Shown here piece by piece: positions 31,879-42,897 of a stretch of 64,000 bases of DNA. The position numbers were made by a program, and so were the translations under genes. This stretch comes from Candidatus Nitrosopelagicus sp. Its GTDB lineage: Archaea > Thermoproteota > Nitrososphaeria > Nitrososphaerales > Nitrosopumilaceae. The notes under the pieces are model-generated. The model worked only from the letters and a program-made list of their open reading frames with translations, was not told the DNA's origin and did not search any database. Each line of letters begins with the position of its first letter. Positions within the stretch are counted from its first letter, which is position 1. The DNA is taken from positions 10,629-74,628 of the forward strand of contig JAKUOP010000010.1 of assembly GCA_022450565.1 (NCBI GenBank), written 5' to 3'.

Positions 31879-33681
31879 ATGGCGCAACAATTAAGACCAT
31901 CAAAATCTGGTTCTAAAAAACCAAATATTGATTGGTCAAGAAGAGAGGAAGCAGATAATTTTGCAGAGACAGTAAAATTATTCCGACAGGGAAAAATTGA
32001 ACCTGACATGTTTCGTAGGTTTAGACTTCAACATGGTGCATATGGAACTAGAATGACTGATGATTATGCTATGGTTAGAATAAAAGTTCCTGCAGGGGAG
32101 GTTTATCCTCATCAATTAGAAAAAATTGCTCAGTTAAGCGAAATGTACTCTATAGGAAGTGCACATTTTTCAACCAGAGAAAATATTCAACTACATTGGG
32201 TTGTATTAGAAGATGTTTCTGAGATTATGCATTCTTTGGCAGATGTTGGTCTAACGTCTAGAGAAGCATGTGGTAATACTGTTAGAAATGTCATGTGTAG
32301 TCCATTGTCTGGTGTTTGTAAAGATGAGTTATTTGATGCAACACCTTATGCATTAGCCATTGCAAAGTTTCTTCTTAGAAATCCATTGAATCAAGCATTA
32401 CCACGTAAATTCAAATTCAATTTTACATGTTGTGAAAAACATGGAATGATTAGAATTGTTGATGTTGGTTTACTACCACAGATTAGGCAAGTTGACGGAG
32501 AAATACAAAAGGGGTTTAAAATATTTCTTGGTGGTGGTCTAGGTAACAAATCATTTGTAGGACATGAATTGGAAGAATTTACTCCTGTTGAGGATTTCCT
32601 CTATACATCTATTGCAGTATTGAAGATATTTGATAGATTGGGTGACCGGAAAAATCTAGCCCGAAACAGGATGAGGTATCTAGTAAACGATATGGGATGG
32701 GAAAAATTCCAAAATCTTGTTCTTAAAGAACGTGCAATTGTTAAAGCCACTCAATCAGTTATTGTTAAATTAAGAGTTGATGAATCATCTAAAGAAATCA
32801 CTAGACCAATTTCAGTATCAAATGAAACTACTCTACAGCCTGATGGATTTGAAAGATGGAAAAAAACAAATGTGTTTAAACAAAAACAAGCAAATTATAA
32901 TTCAGTATTTATTGGACTTGAATCGGGTGATATAACTGCAAATCAACTTCGTACAATTGCTCAGATAACTAGAGATTTTTCTGGAGAAGAATTGGCAAGA
33001 AATGGTTTTTCGCAAAATATTGTTATACGTTATGTTCATGATGACGATCTGATTAACTTATACTCAAGATTAATTGAAACTGGTCTTGCTAAAACAGGTT
33101 CACTGACAATGGCCTCTGCAGTTGGTTGTTCCGGAACTACTTCTTGTAATCTAGCACTAACTAATTCTCATAGACTTGCCAAAGAAATTCAAAGAAAATT
33201 CTTAGAATTGAAACTTGATGATGATGATGATCTACGTGATTCATCAATAAAGATTAGTGGATGCCCAAATTCATGTGGACAGCATGAGATAGCTACTATA
33301 GGACTGTATGGTGGTGGTGCTAGATTTGGCAAAGACATGTACCCAAATTATGTATTATCACTTGGAGGTAGATTTGATGGTCAATCAATGTTAGGACATC
33401 ATACTGCACGTGTTCCAGTTAAACGCGTGATTCCAGTCATATTGAAAATTATAGAATTATTTAAAAAACACAAACAGCCGGATGATTCTCTTTCAAAATG
33501 GATTGATAGAGTGGTTCATGGAAACGAATCATCAGAGATTAAATCTGTAGAAGATATCAAAAAAATTATTTCTCCTTTATTGATTCCCCCAACAAAAGAG
33601 GATGACGCTGATTTTTATGCAGATTATGGTAGCGATACAAGTTATCATACTATTACTGGAAAAGGTGAGTGTGCAGCATGA
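31879..33681 (+). CDS. ferredoxin-dependent sulfite/nitrite reductase (siroheme)
   Basis: TRENIQLH, REACGNTVRNV, LPRKFK, CSGTTSC and SGCPNSCG siroheme/4Fe-4S ligands; ATG 31879 preferred over TTG 31825. Confidence 0.9.
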   Translation: MAQQLRPSKSGSKKPNIDWSRREEADNFAETVKLFRQGKIEPDMFRRFRLQHGAYGTRMTDDYAMVRIKVPAGEVYPHQLEKIAQLSEMYSIGSAHFSTRENIQLHWVVLEDVSEIMHSLADVGLTSREACGNTVRNVMCSPLSGVCKDELFDATPYALAIAKFLLRNPLNQALPRKFKFNFTCCEKHGMIRIVDVGLLPQIRQVDGEIQKGFKIFLGGGLGNKSFVGHELEEFTPVEDFLYTSIAVLKIFDRLGDRKNLARNRMRYLVNDMGWEKFQNLVLKERAIVKATQSVIVKLRVDESSKEITRPISVSNETTLQPDGFERWKKTNVFKQKQANYNSVFIGLESGDITANQLRTIAQITRDFSGEELARNGFSQNIVIRYVHDDDLINLYSRLIETGLAKTGSLTMASAVGCSGTTSCNLALTNSHRLAKEIQRKFLELKLDDDDDLRDSSIKISGCPNSCGQHEIATIGLYGGGARFGKDMYPNYVLSLGGRFDGQSMLGHHTARVPVKRVIPVILKIIELFKKHKQPDDSLSKWIDRVVHGNESSEIKSVEDIKKIISPLLIPPTKEDDADFYADYGSDTSYHTITGKGECAA

Positions 33682-34475
33682 CAAGACAAGAAACACCTCT
33701 TATCAATGCTGATGTACTTAGGGAACAAATCATAAAAAACAATGTTAGAATAATTGATGTGAGACGAAAAGACGATTATGATCAAGGTCATATCAAAAAC
33801 TCTGTTAATTTACCATTAGCAAATCTACTTGCTGATCCAAGTCCTGAAAATATTATCAAAATTGCTGAAGAATTAGGAATCCAAGATGAAACACCAGTTG
33901 TAGTATATGATGATACTTTTGGCGCGTTATCTTCTAGGGTTGTCTGGGCATTACAGTATATTGGTCATGAAAATGTCAAATTACTTGATGTAACATTTTC
34001 ACAGTGGAAAGAACTTGGTCTAGAAGTAACCACCGAGGAACCTGAAATTGAACCAGTAAAGCATTCATTAAATTTAAGACCTGAAATAATGGCTACTGCA
34101 GAGTATCTTGAAAAGGCAAAAGAGAAAAAGAATGTAGTTGTAATTGATAATCGAGAAAGATTGAATTTCCTTGAACAGCATATACCAGGTGCAATTAACA
34201 TTCCTTACAGAACACTGGCAACAGATGGAAGAATCATTAGAAATAAGGATGGTATGAGAAACCTGTTAAAAAATAGAGGAATTTCAGAAGATGCCGAAAT
34301 TATTACTTATTGTGGAAGTGTTGGAACACTCTCCGGTCTAGCATTTTATGCATTGAAATCATTAGGATTACCAAATGTCAAACTTTATGTTCACTCGTTT
34401 AAAGAATGGAAGAATCTCGAAAAGCCAACTCAAAAACAGGAAAATGCTAGTTATTGGGATCTTTCAGCTGAGTGA
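33678..34475 (+). CDS. two-domain rhodanese (thiosulfate sulfurtransferase)
   Basis: IDVR..YDQGHI, HIPGAINIP, active loop YCGSVGT; ATGA overlap with reductase. Confidence 0.88.
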   Translation: MTRQETPLINADVLREQIIKNNVRIIDVRRKDDYDQGHIKNSVNLPLANLLADPSPENIIKIAEELGIQDETPVVVYDDTFGALSSRVVWALQYIGHENVKLLDVTFSQWKELGLEVTTEEPEIEPVKHSLNLRPEIMATAEYLEKAKEKKNVVVIDNRERLNFLEQHIPGAINIPYRTLATDGRIIRNKDGMRNLLKNRGISEDAEIITYCGSVGTLSGLAFYALKSLGLPNVKLYVHSFKEWKNLEKPTQKQENASYWDLSAE

Positions 34476-34510
34476 CCAATTTATATTGAATTTTTTCTAG
34501 TGTAGAATGT

Positions 34511-34717
34511 ATGAAAGACATCAATGAGATAATGCCTAAGGTACCAAATATGAAATGGGGAGCATTATTGAATAAAAAACCTACAAATCAAAAAGTCAAT
34601 GAATTGAATAAATTGTTACCACATACTGGAAAATGGCATACAGTATTTGAGGAAAACGATGTGTCGTACATAGATGGCGTACCTATATTTAAAAAAGATA
34701 ACAAATCTTGGACATAG
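34511..34717 (+). CDS. hypothetical protein
   Basis: ORF track, 68 aa, non-overlapping. Confidence 0.6.
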   Translation: MKDINEIMPKVPNMKWGALLNKKPTNQKVNELNKLLPHTGKWHTVFEENDVSYIDGVPIFKKDNKSWT

Positions 34718-34730
34718 ATTTTATTTTACA

Positions 34731-35849
34731 TTAATTTTGCGTTATATTGGTTCTGAGTTTTTTAGTAACTCTAATCTCAATATTATCAAAAAATTCAAGC
34801 ATTTTACGCTTATTATCAATAAGGAAATCTACACCTCTATCTTCTAACCTTACTTTGTAAAGTCTAATGTCTCTATGCTCTTCCAAAAATTCTTCAATCA
34901 TTTGCTCACCACACATTGCAGGATCTATGAAAACTTGTAAATCAGATAACGTTCTTTCAACATCCTCATCTTGTATTGACGATTTAATTGATTGCACTGC
35001 TAAACCAATTTCTTTTAAATTCTTTACAGGAGCTGTCATTTTGGTTTTTGTTTTAGGACCTAATAGACTACGTTTCTTTGCACCTAACTTTTTACCCATT
35101 TCTGGTTCTAAATCATATATAGGAATCATTTGATTAAATCCCTGTCTTTTATAGCTCTTTATGACAAGACCTTTCTCAATTAATTCATTAAGACATTTTT
35201 GAGTATCTTCTTTACTTAGAAATGTTGTCCAAACGATTGCACCAATTGTATGGTAACCTTGTCTTAATGATTCTATAACAACAACTTCAATTATTCTCTT
35301 AAATCCTTCCTCAGTTCGTACATTTACAAAATCTTTGTCCTTCACAGCTTTTCTAGCATTCTTCACATCAATCTCAATTGAGCGTTTTAATGATTCAAGT
35401 GCATCAGGAATTTGGTTCAATAATGATAAGTAGCATGCCTTGTTATACCATGCCATATCATAAGTATGATCTGAGTCAATCGCTTTTTCTACACTGTCTA
35501 GTGCTTTTGCATAATTCTTCTTTTCATAGAATACTAACGACTTCAAATTCCATGCCTCTGAATTTGTAATGTCAATATCTAATATTTTATCATAAACTCT
35601 CATTGCTTCCGAATGATCATCTAAATGAAATCTGGAATATCCTAGTTTTAGCATGGCTTCAATATCATTTGGATCTGTTCTAAGTATCATCTCAAAACTT
35701 CTGGATGCCTCTTCTAATTTTTCATCAGCCATCAAGTTTATCCCTTTTTTATAGAGTCGATTTCGCTGATAATCTGCATTAGTTAGCGAGGTTTCTTCTT
35801 TCTTTTTTAATGAAGTATCTTCTTTTTTCTCCATATTACCAAATACCAC
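34731..35849 (-). CDS. TPR-repeat protein with C-terminal winged-helix-like region
   Basis: Repeated AW.NK/KG..Y TPR patterns. Confidence 0.8.
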   Translation of the reverse strand: MVFGNMEKKEDTSLKKKEETSLTNADYQRNRLYKKGINLMADEKLEEASRSFEMILRTDPNDIEAMLKLGYSRFHLDDHSEAMRVYDKILDIDITNSEAWNLKSLVFYEKKNYAKALDSVEKAIDSDHTYDMAWYNKACYLSLLNQIPDALESLKRSIEIDVKNARKAVKDKDFVNVRTEEGFKRIIEVVVIESLRQGYHTIGAIVWTTFLSKEDTQKCLNELIEKGLVIKSYKRQGFNQMIPIYDLEPEMGKKLGAKKRSLLGPKTKTKMTAPVKNLKEIGLAVQSIKSSIQDEDVERTLSDLQVFIDPAMCGEQMIEEFLEEHRDIRLYKVRLEDRGVDFLIDNKRKMLEFFDNIEIRVTKKLRTNITQN

Positions 35850-35942
35850 AATTTTCTAGATAAATAGTATCCTATGGACATTTATAGCATTTTCAACAAG
35901 AAATGAAAAATGTATTAACTAGGAAGCGTTTTAACATCGATA

Positions 35943-37208
<1,266 letters not shown>

Positions 37209-37272
37209 AAATATAGAATCACGTGCATAACTTATAGATATTCTAACAAAAATATAATCATAGAGGTTTGAA

Positions 37273-38388
37273 ATGCCAGAAAGCAATTATCAAATTTTAG
37301 GTATAAAGGATGGTGCTACAAGACAAGAAATTCGTGCTGCATTTAGGGAACTTGCACTAAAACATCACTCTGACCGTGGTGGTAAAGATGATTCATTTAT
37401 CAAGATTAAGCAGGCATTTGAAGATCTTAAAACAGGAAAAAAATTTCCAGATTCACCAGATGAACTAGCTAAAAAGGCAAAATTCTTCTGGGGTACAGAT
37501 GAGGAGGAAAGAAAACGACAAAATACGTTACTTTCTGATGATGTTGCAAAAGAGATTCAAGTTGCACAAGAATGGCTTGATGCATTATCTCGTGCAAATG
37601 CAACAGGGAATAGACTTTTTGGTTCCAAGGAACTGGGTGAAATTGAATTAGAAAGAAAGCCATCTAAGGCATTAGCAATTAAAGGAAAATTTTGGGCTGG
37701 TAAACTATCATATGATGATCATGTGTTTATGTGGGGTAGTATCACTAACCCATATTTCTCAGATAATGATAATTCTAAAACTGAAATTCATTTGACACAT
37801 GGAACATTCAAAATGACAGACCCATTGGATAATGGATTCAATATTGAAAATGGTACCAAGATAACTGTTGACAATGGTGATATCATATGTGGAAATGTTA
37901 ATGGGATTAGGGAACATGTACCTGATCCACAGGGAAGAGTTGGCATGTCATTAATACGTGAACATAAATCGCAACTAAATTCCCCAAATGGTAAAATTAT
38001 TGCTGGTACTGTTAGAGAAACTGTATCACTAGATGCAGATGAGGTTTTGGTACTAGATCTTGTTGACAATGTAACTGTTAGAGGAAGAAAAATTCAGATT
38101 TTTGGTCATAAAGTAAGTTATGATGTTTTTATCGAACTCAAAAAAGATGGCATGATTAGATTTCACGATAAGGGTTCAGGTTTTGATATTAGCGATGATG
38201 CAATACTAAAACTAGAAAATGGAAAGGAATTCTTCTTGGATGAACTAAAAACCAGAAAACTCATTGGTTTTGGTGGTGAGGATATCACATATGATTATCT
38301 TGATGGTGTTGGCACTAATTCTATCAAAAATAAAGAATCTATTACATCTAGATTTTCAGGATTTAGAATTTTTGGAAAGAAGAAATAA
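37273..38388 (+). CDS. J-domain protein (HSD variant) with beta-rich C-terminal domain
   Basis: YQILG...EIRAAFRELALKHHSDRGG...FIKIKQAFEDL J-domain. Confidence 0.8.
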   Translation: MPESNYQILGIKDGATRQEIRAAFRELALKHHSDRGGKDDSFIKIKQAFEDLKTGKKFPDSPDELAKKAKFFWGTDEEERKRQNTLLSDDVAKEIQVAQEWLDALSRANATGNRLFGSKELGEIELERKPSKALAIKGKFWAGKLSYDDHVFMWGSITNPYFSDNDNSKTEIHLTHGTFKMTDPLDNGFNIENGTKITVDNGDIICGNVNGIREHVPDPQGRVGMSLIREHKSQLNSPNGKIIAGTVRETVSLDADEVLVLDLVDNVTVRGRKIQIFGHKVSYDVFIELKKDGMIRFHDKGSGFDISDDAILKLENGKEFFLDELKTRKLIGFGGEDITYDYLDGVGTNSIKNKESITSRFSGFRIFGKKK

Positions 38389-38399
38389 AATATTTTTAA

Positions 38400-38567
38400 T
38401 TACTTTTTAATTCCTAGCTGTCGATTTTTTAATCTTAGTGACGTGCTTCTACATTTTCTACATCTTGTCGCACTAATATCTAGTCTAGCTCCACATGAAA
38501 TACAAATTTTCATATGCAATCTAGCTTTTTGAGCAATTTGTTTTTTTAATGGATCTGCTACTGGCAT
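38400..38567 (-). CDS. rpl40e: 50S ribosomal protein L40e (not in ORF track)
   Basis: Hand translation MPVADPLKKQIAQKARLHMKICISCGARLDISATRCRKCRSTSLRLKNRQLGIKK, 55 aa. Confidence 0.93.
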   Translation of the reverse strand: MPVADPLKKQIAQKARLHMKICISCGARLDISATRCRKCRSTSLRLKNRQLGIKK

Positions 38568-38597
38568 AAAATTTTTCCATTAATACACTATTAATGC

Positions 38598-39806
38598 TTA
38601 TTGGCTACCCTTTACAATATTAAATAACTGCCTTACTGCAAGTTTTGGATGATGTGTTGCAAGCCGTACAATGCTTGAAACGCTAAAATCTGCACGAATA
38701 AAATCTAAGAATTCATCTGCAGAAAGTTCACTGATTACTTCAAGTTCTTTTTCCCACTCTTCATCTGTTAATCCAATCCATCTGTTTTGAATTTTTGATG
38801 CAGAATTTATTTTTGATTCAATTGCCTTTTTCCAGTTTTTTTCATATGGTTCAAGTGATTTTTGAGTAGTGTCTCCAGATTTTATTGCGTTAGCAGCTGT
38901 TCTTCCTGCAACACGACCAAATCTTATCGCATATCTGATTCCTTCAAGCACTAGTGGATTTGCCTGACCTGCAGAGTCACCTACTAGAATCAGATTGTCA
39001 TACACAGTTTTTCTTGAAAGACCATCATTTGGAATTAGTCCGTAATGAAATTCAATCTTTGTAATATCTCCAAGATCCTTAATCGGACCTTTTTTTTCTT
39101 CGATTAACTTGTCTAATCTTTCTGTAGGATCAACATCGGATTCTGGTTTACCTACACCAACCCCAATACGTACTGTATCTTTGGAAACAGGAAAAATCCA
39201 TGCATATCCTGCAGGAGAATATTCTTGTCCAACCATTAACCACCATGTGTCACTTTGTACATTTTCTGCCTTTACTTCGTATTCTGCACCTGCACCAAAT
39301 CTACCCCATTGCTCTGCTAATCCAAGTGATTTTACAACAACTGATTGGAATCCACTACAATCAATTACCATCTTTGCATTAAACTTGACCTGACTTTCGG
39401 AAACTTTTGCAATAACACCAACCGGTTTGTTGTTATCAGTTAGAACCTCTATCACATTTGTGTTGACAAACAGTTTTGTTCCAGAATTTTGTGCTTCTTC
39501 AGCAAGATGTCGATATGTTTTTCGGACATCCAAAACTACAGCTTTTGGTTTTTCATCACTAATTGTCACACTTTTTGTTGGCGAGCAGAATGAATAGTTA
39601 GAAATTGGATTATAACATGCTTCTGGAATACCAAACTCCTTTGCATCTTCAATCCATGTAACTCCACTTGTCCTAACAGTTTCTGCAACCGCTTCCTCCT
39701 TTTCTAATAATGCAACAGATACACCTTCACTTGATGCAGCAAAGGCAGCTGATGAACCTGCTGGACCAGCTCCTACAATTACTAAATCAAAATCATATTC
39801 ATTCAA
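38598..39806 (-). CDS. geranylgeranyl reductase-family FAD oxidoreductase
   Basis: VGAGPAGS, IDCSG, GYAWIFP, VGDSAGQANPLVLEGIRYA. Confidence 0.85.
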   Translation of the reverse strand: MNEYDFDLVIVGAGPAGSSAAFAASSEGVSVALLEKEEAVAETVRTSGVTWIEDAKEFGIPEACYNPISNYSFCSPTKSVTISDEKPKAVVLDVRKTYRHLAEEAQNSGTKLFVNTNVIEVLTDNNKPVGVIAKVSESQVKFNAKMVIDCSGFQSVVVKSLGLAEQWGRFGAGAEYEVKAENVQSDTWWLMVGQEYSPAGYAWIFPVSKDTVRIGVGVGKPESDVDPTERLDKLIEEKKGPIKDLGDITKIEFHYGLIPNDGLSRKTVYDNLILVGDSAGQANPLVLEGIRYAIRFGRVAGRTAANAIKSGDTTQKSLEPYEKNWKKAIESKINSASKIQNRWIGLTDEEWEKELEVISELSADEFLDFIRADFSVSSIVRLATHHPKLAVRQLFNIVKGSQ

Positions 39807-39856
39807 TAGTTTTCATACTCACTCTGAACATTATAACCTAGCATTTTTCTCTATAG

Positions 39857-40351
39857 TTATAGAACTATCTTCCTAAATTCATTGTTTTTTTGAATGTGAG
39901 TAAAATCAATATCAAATTTGGCTTTAGCCTTGAATGAAAAGTCAATCTCTGTTACATCTGATAGAACCTCTAGCCCTTCCTTAATTCTGTTTAATTTTAC
40001 TAATGATGAGGATTTGTTGTATAATGCAGTGACGTTTCTTGGCTTTATCATTAAAACTTGCTCATAGCAATCCAACGCTGTTTCGTATTGATCAATGTAA
40101 TGATGTGCAAGACCCTTATTGAGTAAGGCAAGTATGTTTTGATTTTCTTTTTCTAGGACACGGTCATAATAGATAATTGCATTTTCATATTTTCCTAGCT
40201 TGCCCAAAATGTTTCCTTTTTTTATTAATGCATCAATATGGTTTGAAGAAATTTCAAGAACTTTATCATACATTGTCATCGCCTCCTTTGGATTTCCTGT
40301 GTTTAGTAGTGTCTGTCCTGATTTTAGCAGTTCTTCTATAGACTCACTCAT
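39857..40351 (-). CDS. TPR-repeat protein
   Basis: ALIKKGNIL, ALLNKGLAH, ALYNKSSS repeats. Confidence 0.82.
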   Translation of the reverse strand: MSESIEELLKSGQTLLNTGNPKEAMTMYDKVLEISSNHIDALIKKGNILGKLGKYENAIIYYDRVLEKENQNILALLNKGLAHHYIDQYETALDCYEQVLMIKPRNVTALYNKSSSLVKLNRIKEGLEVLSDVTEIDFSFKAKAKFDIDFTHIQKNNEFRKIVL

Positions 40352-40402
40352 GATTTTATTTTTTCCTGATGAATTTATCTAGTTGTCTTTTTAGCTAATA
40401 GT

Positions 40403-40522
40403 ATGGCAGATTCCGATATAGGACAATTTTTTCTTTGGTCTGGGCTTACTGCGATAGTGATGATTGTGACAGGTTTAACCTATAGGCTTTATCTGAAAAA
40501 AAGAAACAAAATTTCTTCATAA
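40403..40522 (+). CDS. 39-aa single-TM microprotein (not in ORF track)
   Basis: Hand translation MADSDIGQFFLWSGLTAIVMIVTGLTYRLYLKKRNKISS fills the gap. Confidence 0.5.
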   Translation: MADSDIGQFFLWSGLTAIVMIVTGLTYRLYLKKRNKISS

Positions 40523-40534
40523 TATATTTACATT

Positions 40535-41407
40535 TTATTGGTTGATTTTTTTTAAATATGCTAGAATTCCGGTATAGTCAATATCACCAAATCCTGCATC
40601 CATAGCGTTCTGGTATACCTTACTAGCCATTTTTGACATTGACAATTCTACATTAAATGATTCAGCAGCCTCATTGATAGTGTCTAGATCTTTTTTTAGG
40701 TTTTGAAGAGTGAATGTTGGCTCGAAATTATCTTTGATCATTCTGTATGCCTTTTTTTCACTCATTCCAGTCTTGAAATATGTAGAGTTTAGAATTTTTA
40801 GAAAGATTTCAGGATCAAATCCAGCCTTCCTTGTCAATGTGATTCCCTCTGATAGCGATAACGCAAGCATTGCAATCTGAAGATTCATTGCAAGTTTTAT
40901 CGAGTGCGCAGTACCAGATTCTCCCAAAAAGAATGTTTTTTCTGCAATTGTATCAAATACATCACTAAATTTTTCGTATGTTTTCTCATTCCCTGAAATC
41001 ATCATAACCAATTTTCCATCAATTGCCACATTTGGCCCACCCATCACTGGAATTTCTAAAAATGAAATTCCAGAATCAGAAAATTTCTGTGATATCTCTT
41101 TTGCCGAGTTTGGATTTATTGTACTCATGTCAGCAACAGTTAATCCATCATGTCTACCATGAATAATTCCATCATTGCCAAAAGCAACATCACTAACAGC
41201 GCTTGCATCTTTTACAACTGTTATTACAATGTCAGATTTTTCTGCAACATCTTTTGGTGTCTCAACTGCGATAGCACCATGTTTAACTAAATTCTCAATC
41301 TTGTCCTTAGTTCTGTTGTAAACTGTGACTTCATATTTTGAATCTAATAGATGCAGTCCTACTGCTTCACCTAGCATGCCGGTACCAATAATTCCAACCT
41401 TTGTCAT
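40535..41407 (-). CDS. beta-hydroxyacid dehydrogenase (3-hydroxyisobutyrate/tartronate semialdehyde reductase family)
   Basis: IGTGMLG, YNRT, DMSTI, PVMGGP, IKLAMN, LKKDL. Confidence 0.88.
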   Translation of the reverse strand: MTKVGIIGTGMLGEAVGLHLLDSKYEVTVYNRTKDKIENLVKHGAIAVETPKDVAEKSDIVITVVKDASAVSDVAFGNDGIIHGRHDGLTVADMSTINPNSAKEISQKFSDSGISFLEIPVMGGPNVAIDGKLVMMISGNEKTYEKFSDVFDTIAEKTFFLGESGTAHSIKLAMNLQIAMLALSLSEGITLTRKAGFDPEIFLKILNSTYFKTGMSEKKAYRMIKDNFEPTFTLQNLKKDLDTINEAAESFNVELSMSKMASKVYQNAMDAGFGDIDYTGILAYLKKINQ

Positions 41408-41787
41408 TTTCGCTCTTCCGCCACAAGTTCCCAGTCACCACCAAATCTTGGTGCAGAAAACTGTAAGTGACCAATCACCCTGTCTCCTTTTCGAACCATT
41501 GCATAATCAGATTTTTTTGCACTGTAAACCTTGTCTTTTGTTTTGTAGCCACCCTCAATGACTTTAGCTTTGAAGCGTTTACTGGCCTTGGTAATCAAAT
41601 GTCTTGCAAGTTTTACATCACCCATCCAAGAGAACATTTCAAACTTGCCAAAATTTTCAGTGGAAATTACATAGCCGTAAAGTCTGGCTTCAAATTTTGC
41701 CTTTCTCCTTTCAGCTTCCTCGTTCATCCATTTTACAACATCTTCTGCAGACCCTACTTCTGCACCAAATGTTTCTGATTCCTTCAT
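41404..41787 (-). CDS. hypothetical protein
   Basis: ORF track; overlaps dehydrogenase start, probably same operon. Confidence 0.65.
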   Translation of the reverse strand: MKESETFGAEVGSAEDVVKWMNEEAERRKAKFEARLYGYVISTENFGKFEMFSWMGDVKLARHLITKASKRFKAKVIEGGYKTKDKVYSAKKSDYAMVRKGDRVIGHLQFSAPRFGGDWELVAEERK

Positions 41788-41823
41788 AATAGTAACTATT
41801 CTTGATATTGTAAAAATGTAATT

Positions 41824-42480
41824 CTATTTTTTGAATTTTTTTCTGTAAAAAATAGCCATAATTATGGTTCCAATGAACGGTGTGGTCCAGTATAGCCACA
41901 AATCTGTAGTCACGCCTGATACTATAGCAGGTGATAATGACCTAATTGGATTCATCGACGCACCAGATATCGGACCAAGGAATAATACATCTAGACCAAT
42001 TATTCCCGCAATCATGATTCCGCCCAGTTTTGAAATTTTTTTGTTAACTACAACATAGATGACTGCCATCAACAGTGCGGTTGCAAGTATCTCATACCCA
42101 ATAATTTCGGGCATTGAAAAATCTAGATTTGGAGAGTTGGTTCCAAGCAACGCATAGTCTCCAAAAACAAACTTTACAAAAAGAGTACCAAGAAATGCAC
42201 CAATTGCCTGTGCCGTGAAATACACTGGAAGTTGTCTTGTTTTTGTATGTCTTGTTATGAAAAATGCAATTGTAACGGCTGGATTAAAGTGCGCCATAGA
42301 ATATTTGCCAAATATACTGATGACAATTGCAATCCCAATAAAATGAATGACGGCAATAAATGCAATTCCGTATGCACCACCCAGCATTCCATCATAAACT
42401 ATACAGCTTGTAGCTGCAATTAGTAAACCAAAAGTTCCTACTAGTTCTGCTACAAAAATTACCAGATTAGAATTTTTCAT
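41824..42480 (-). CDS. MIP-family channel (aquaporin/aquaglyceroporin)
   Basis: AELVGTF, HFNPAVT and SMNPIRS loops, WLYWTTP. Confidence 0.9.
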   Translation of the reverse strand: MKNSNLVIFVAELVGTFGLLIAATSCIVYDGMLGGAYGIAFIAVIHFIGIAIVISIFGKYSMAHFNPAVTIAFFITRHTKTRQLPVYFTAQAIGAFLGTLFVKFVFGDYALLGTNSPNLDFSMPEIIGYEILATALLMAVIYVVVNKKISKLGGIMIAGIIGLDVLFLGPISGASMNPIRSLSPAIVSGVTTDLWLYWTTPFIGTIIMAIFYRKKFKK

Positions 42481-42485
42481 TTTCT

Positions 42486-42878
42486 TTAAAGATTACTTAC
42501 TAACTCCTTCACTTTTAGCTCTATCGAGTCTCTAATCCTTCGTACGTCCTCAATGGATTTTCCCTTTGGATCTTCTATATCCCAATCAGCCATATCTTCT
42601 ACAAATAAGGCAGGACATGATTCTTTGTCCATACAACCCATATTTACAACGGAATTTGACTCTGATATCATTTCATTTGTAATTAGTTTAGATTGATTCT
42701 GTGAAATGTCAATATCAACTTCTTTCATTGCTTGGATAGCAAGTGGATTAATTTCTGAGACAGGTTTTGTCCCAGCGCTAATCCCTTGATAAGCATCTGG
42801 AGCAATTTTTCTGAAAAATCCTTCTGCCATTTGACTTCGCCCTGCGTTTTCGACACAGACAAAAAGTACTTTTTTCAT
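42486..42878 (-). CDS. arsC: arsenate reductase (LMW-PTP fold)
   Basis: VCVENAGRSQMAE P-loop, MGC, CP, WDIEDP; start at MKK 42878. Confidence 0.85.
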   Translation of the reverse strand: MKKVLFVCVENAGRSQMAEGFFRKIAPDAYQGISAGTKPVSEINPLAIQAMKEVDIDISQNQSKLITNEMISESNSVVNMGCMDKESCPALFVEDMADWDIEDPKGKSIEDVRRIRDSIELKVKELVSNL

Positions 42879-42897
42879 TTCAAATAAATCATAATTC

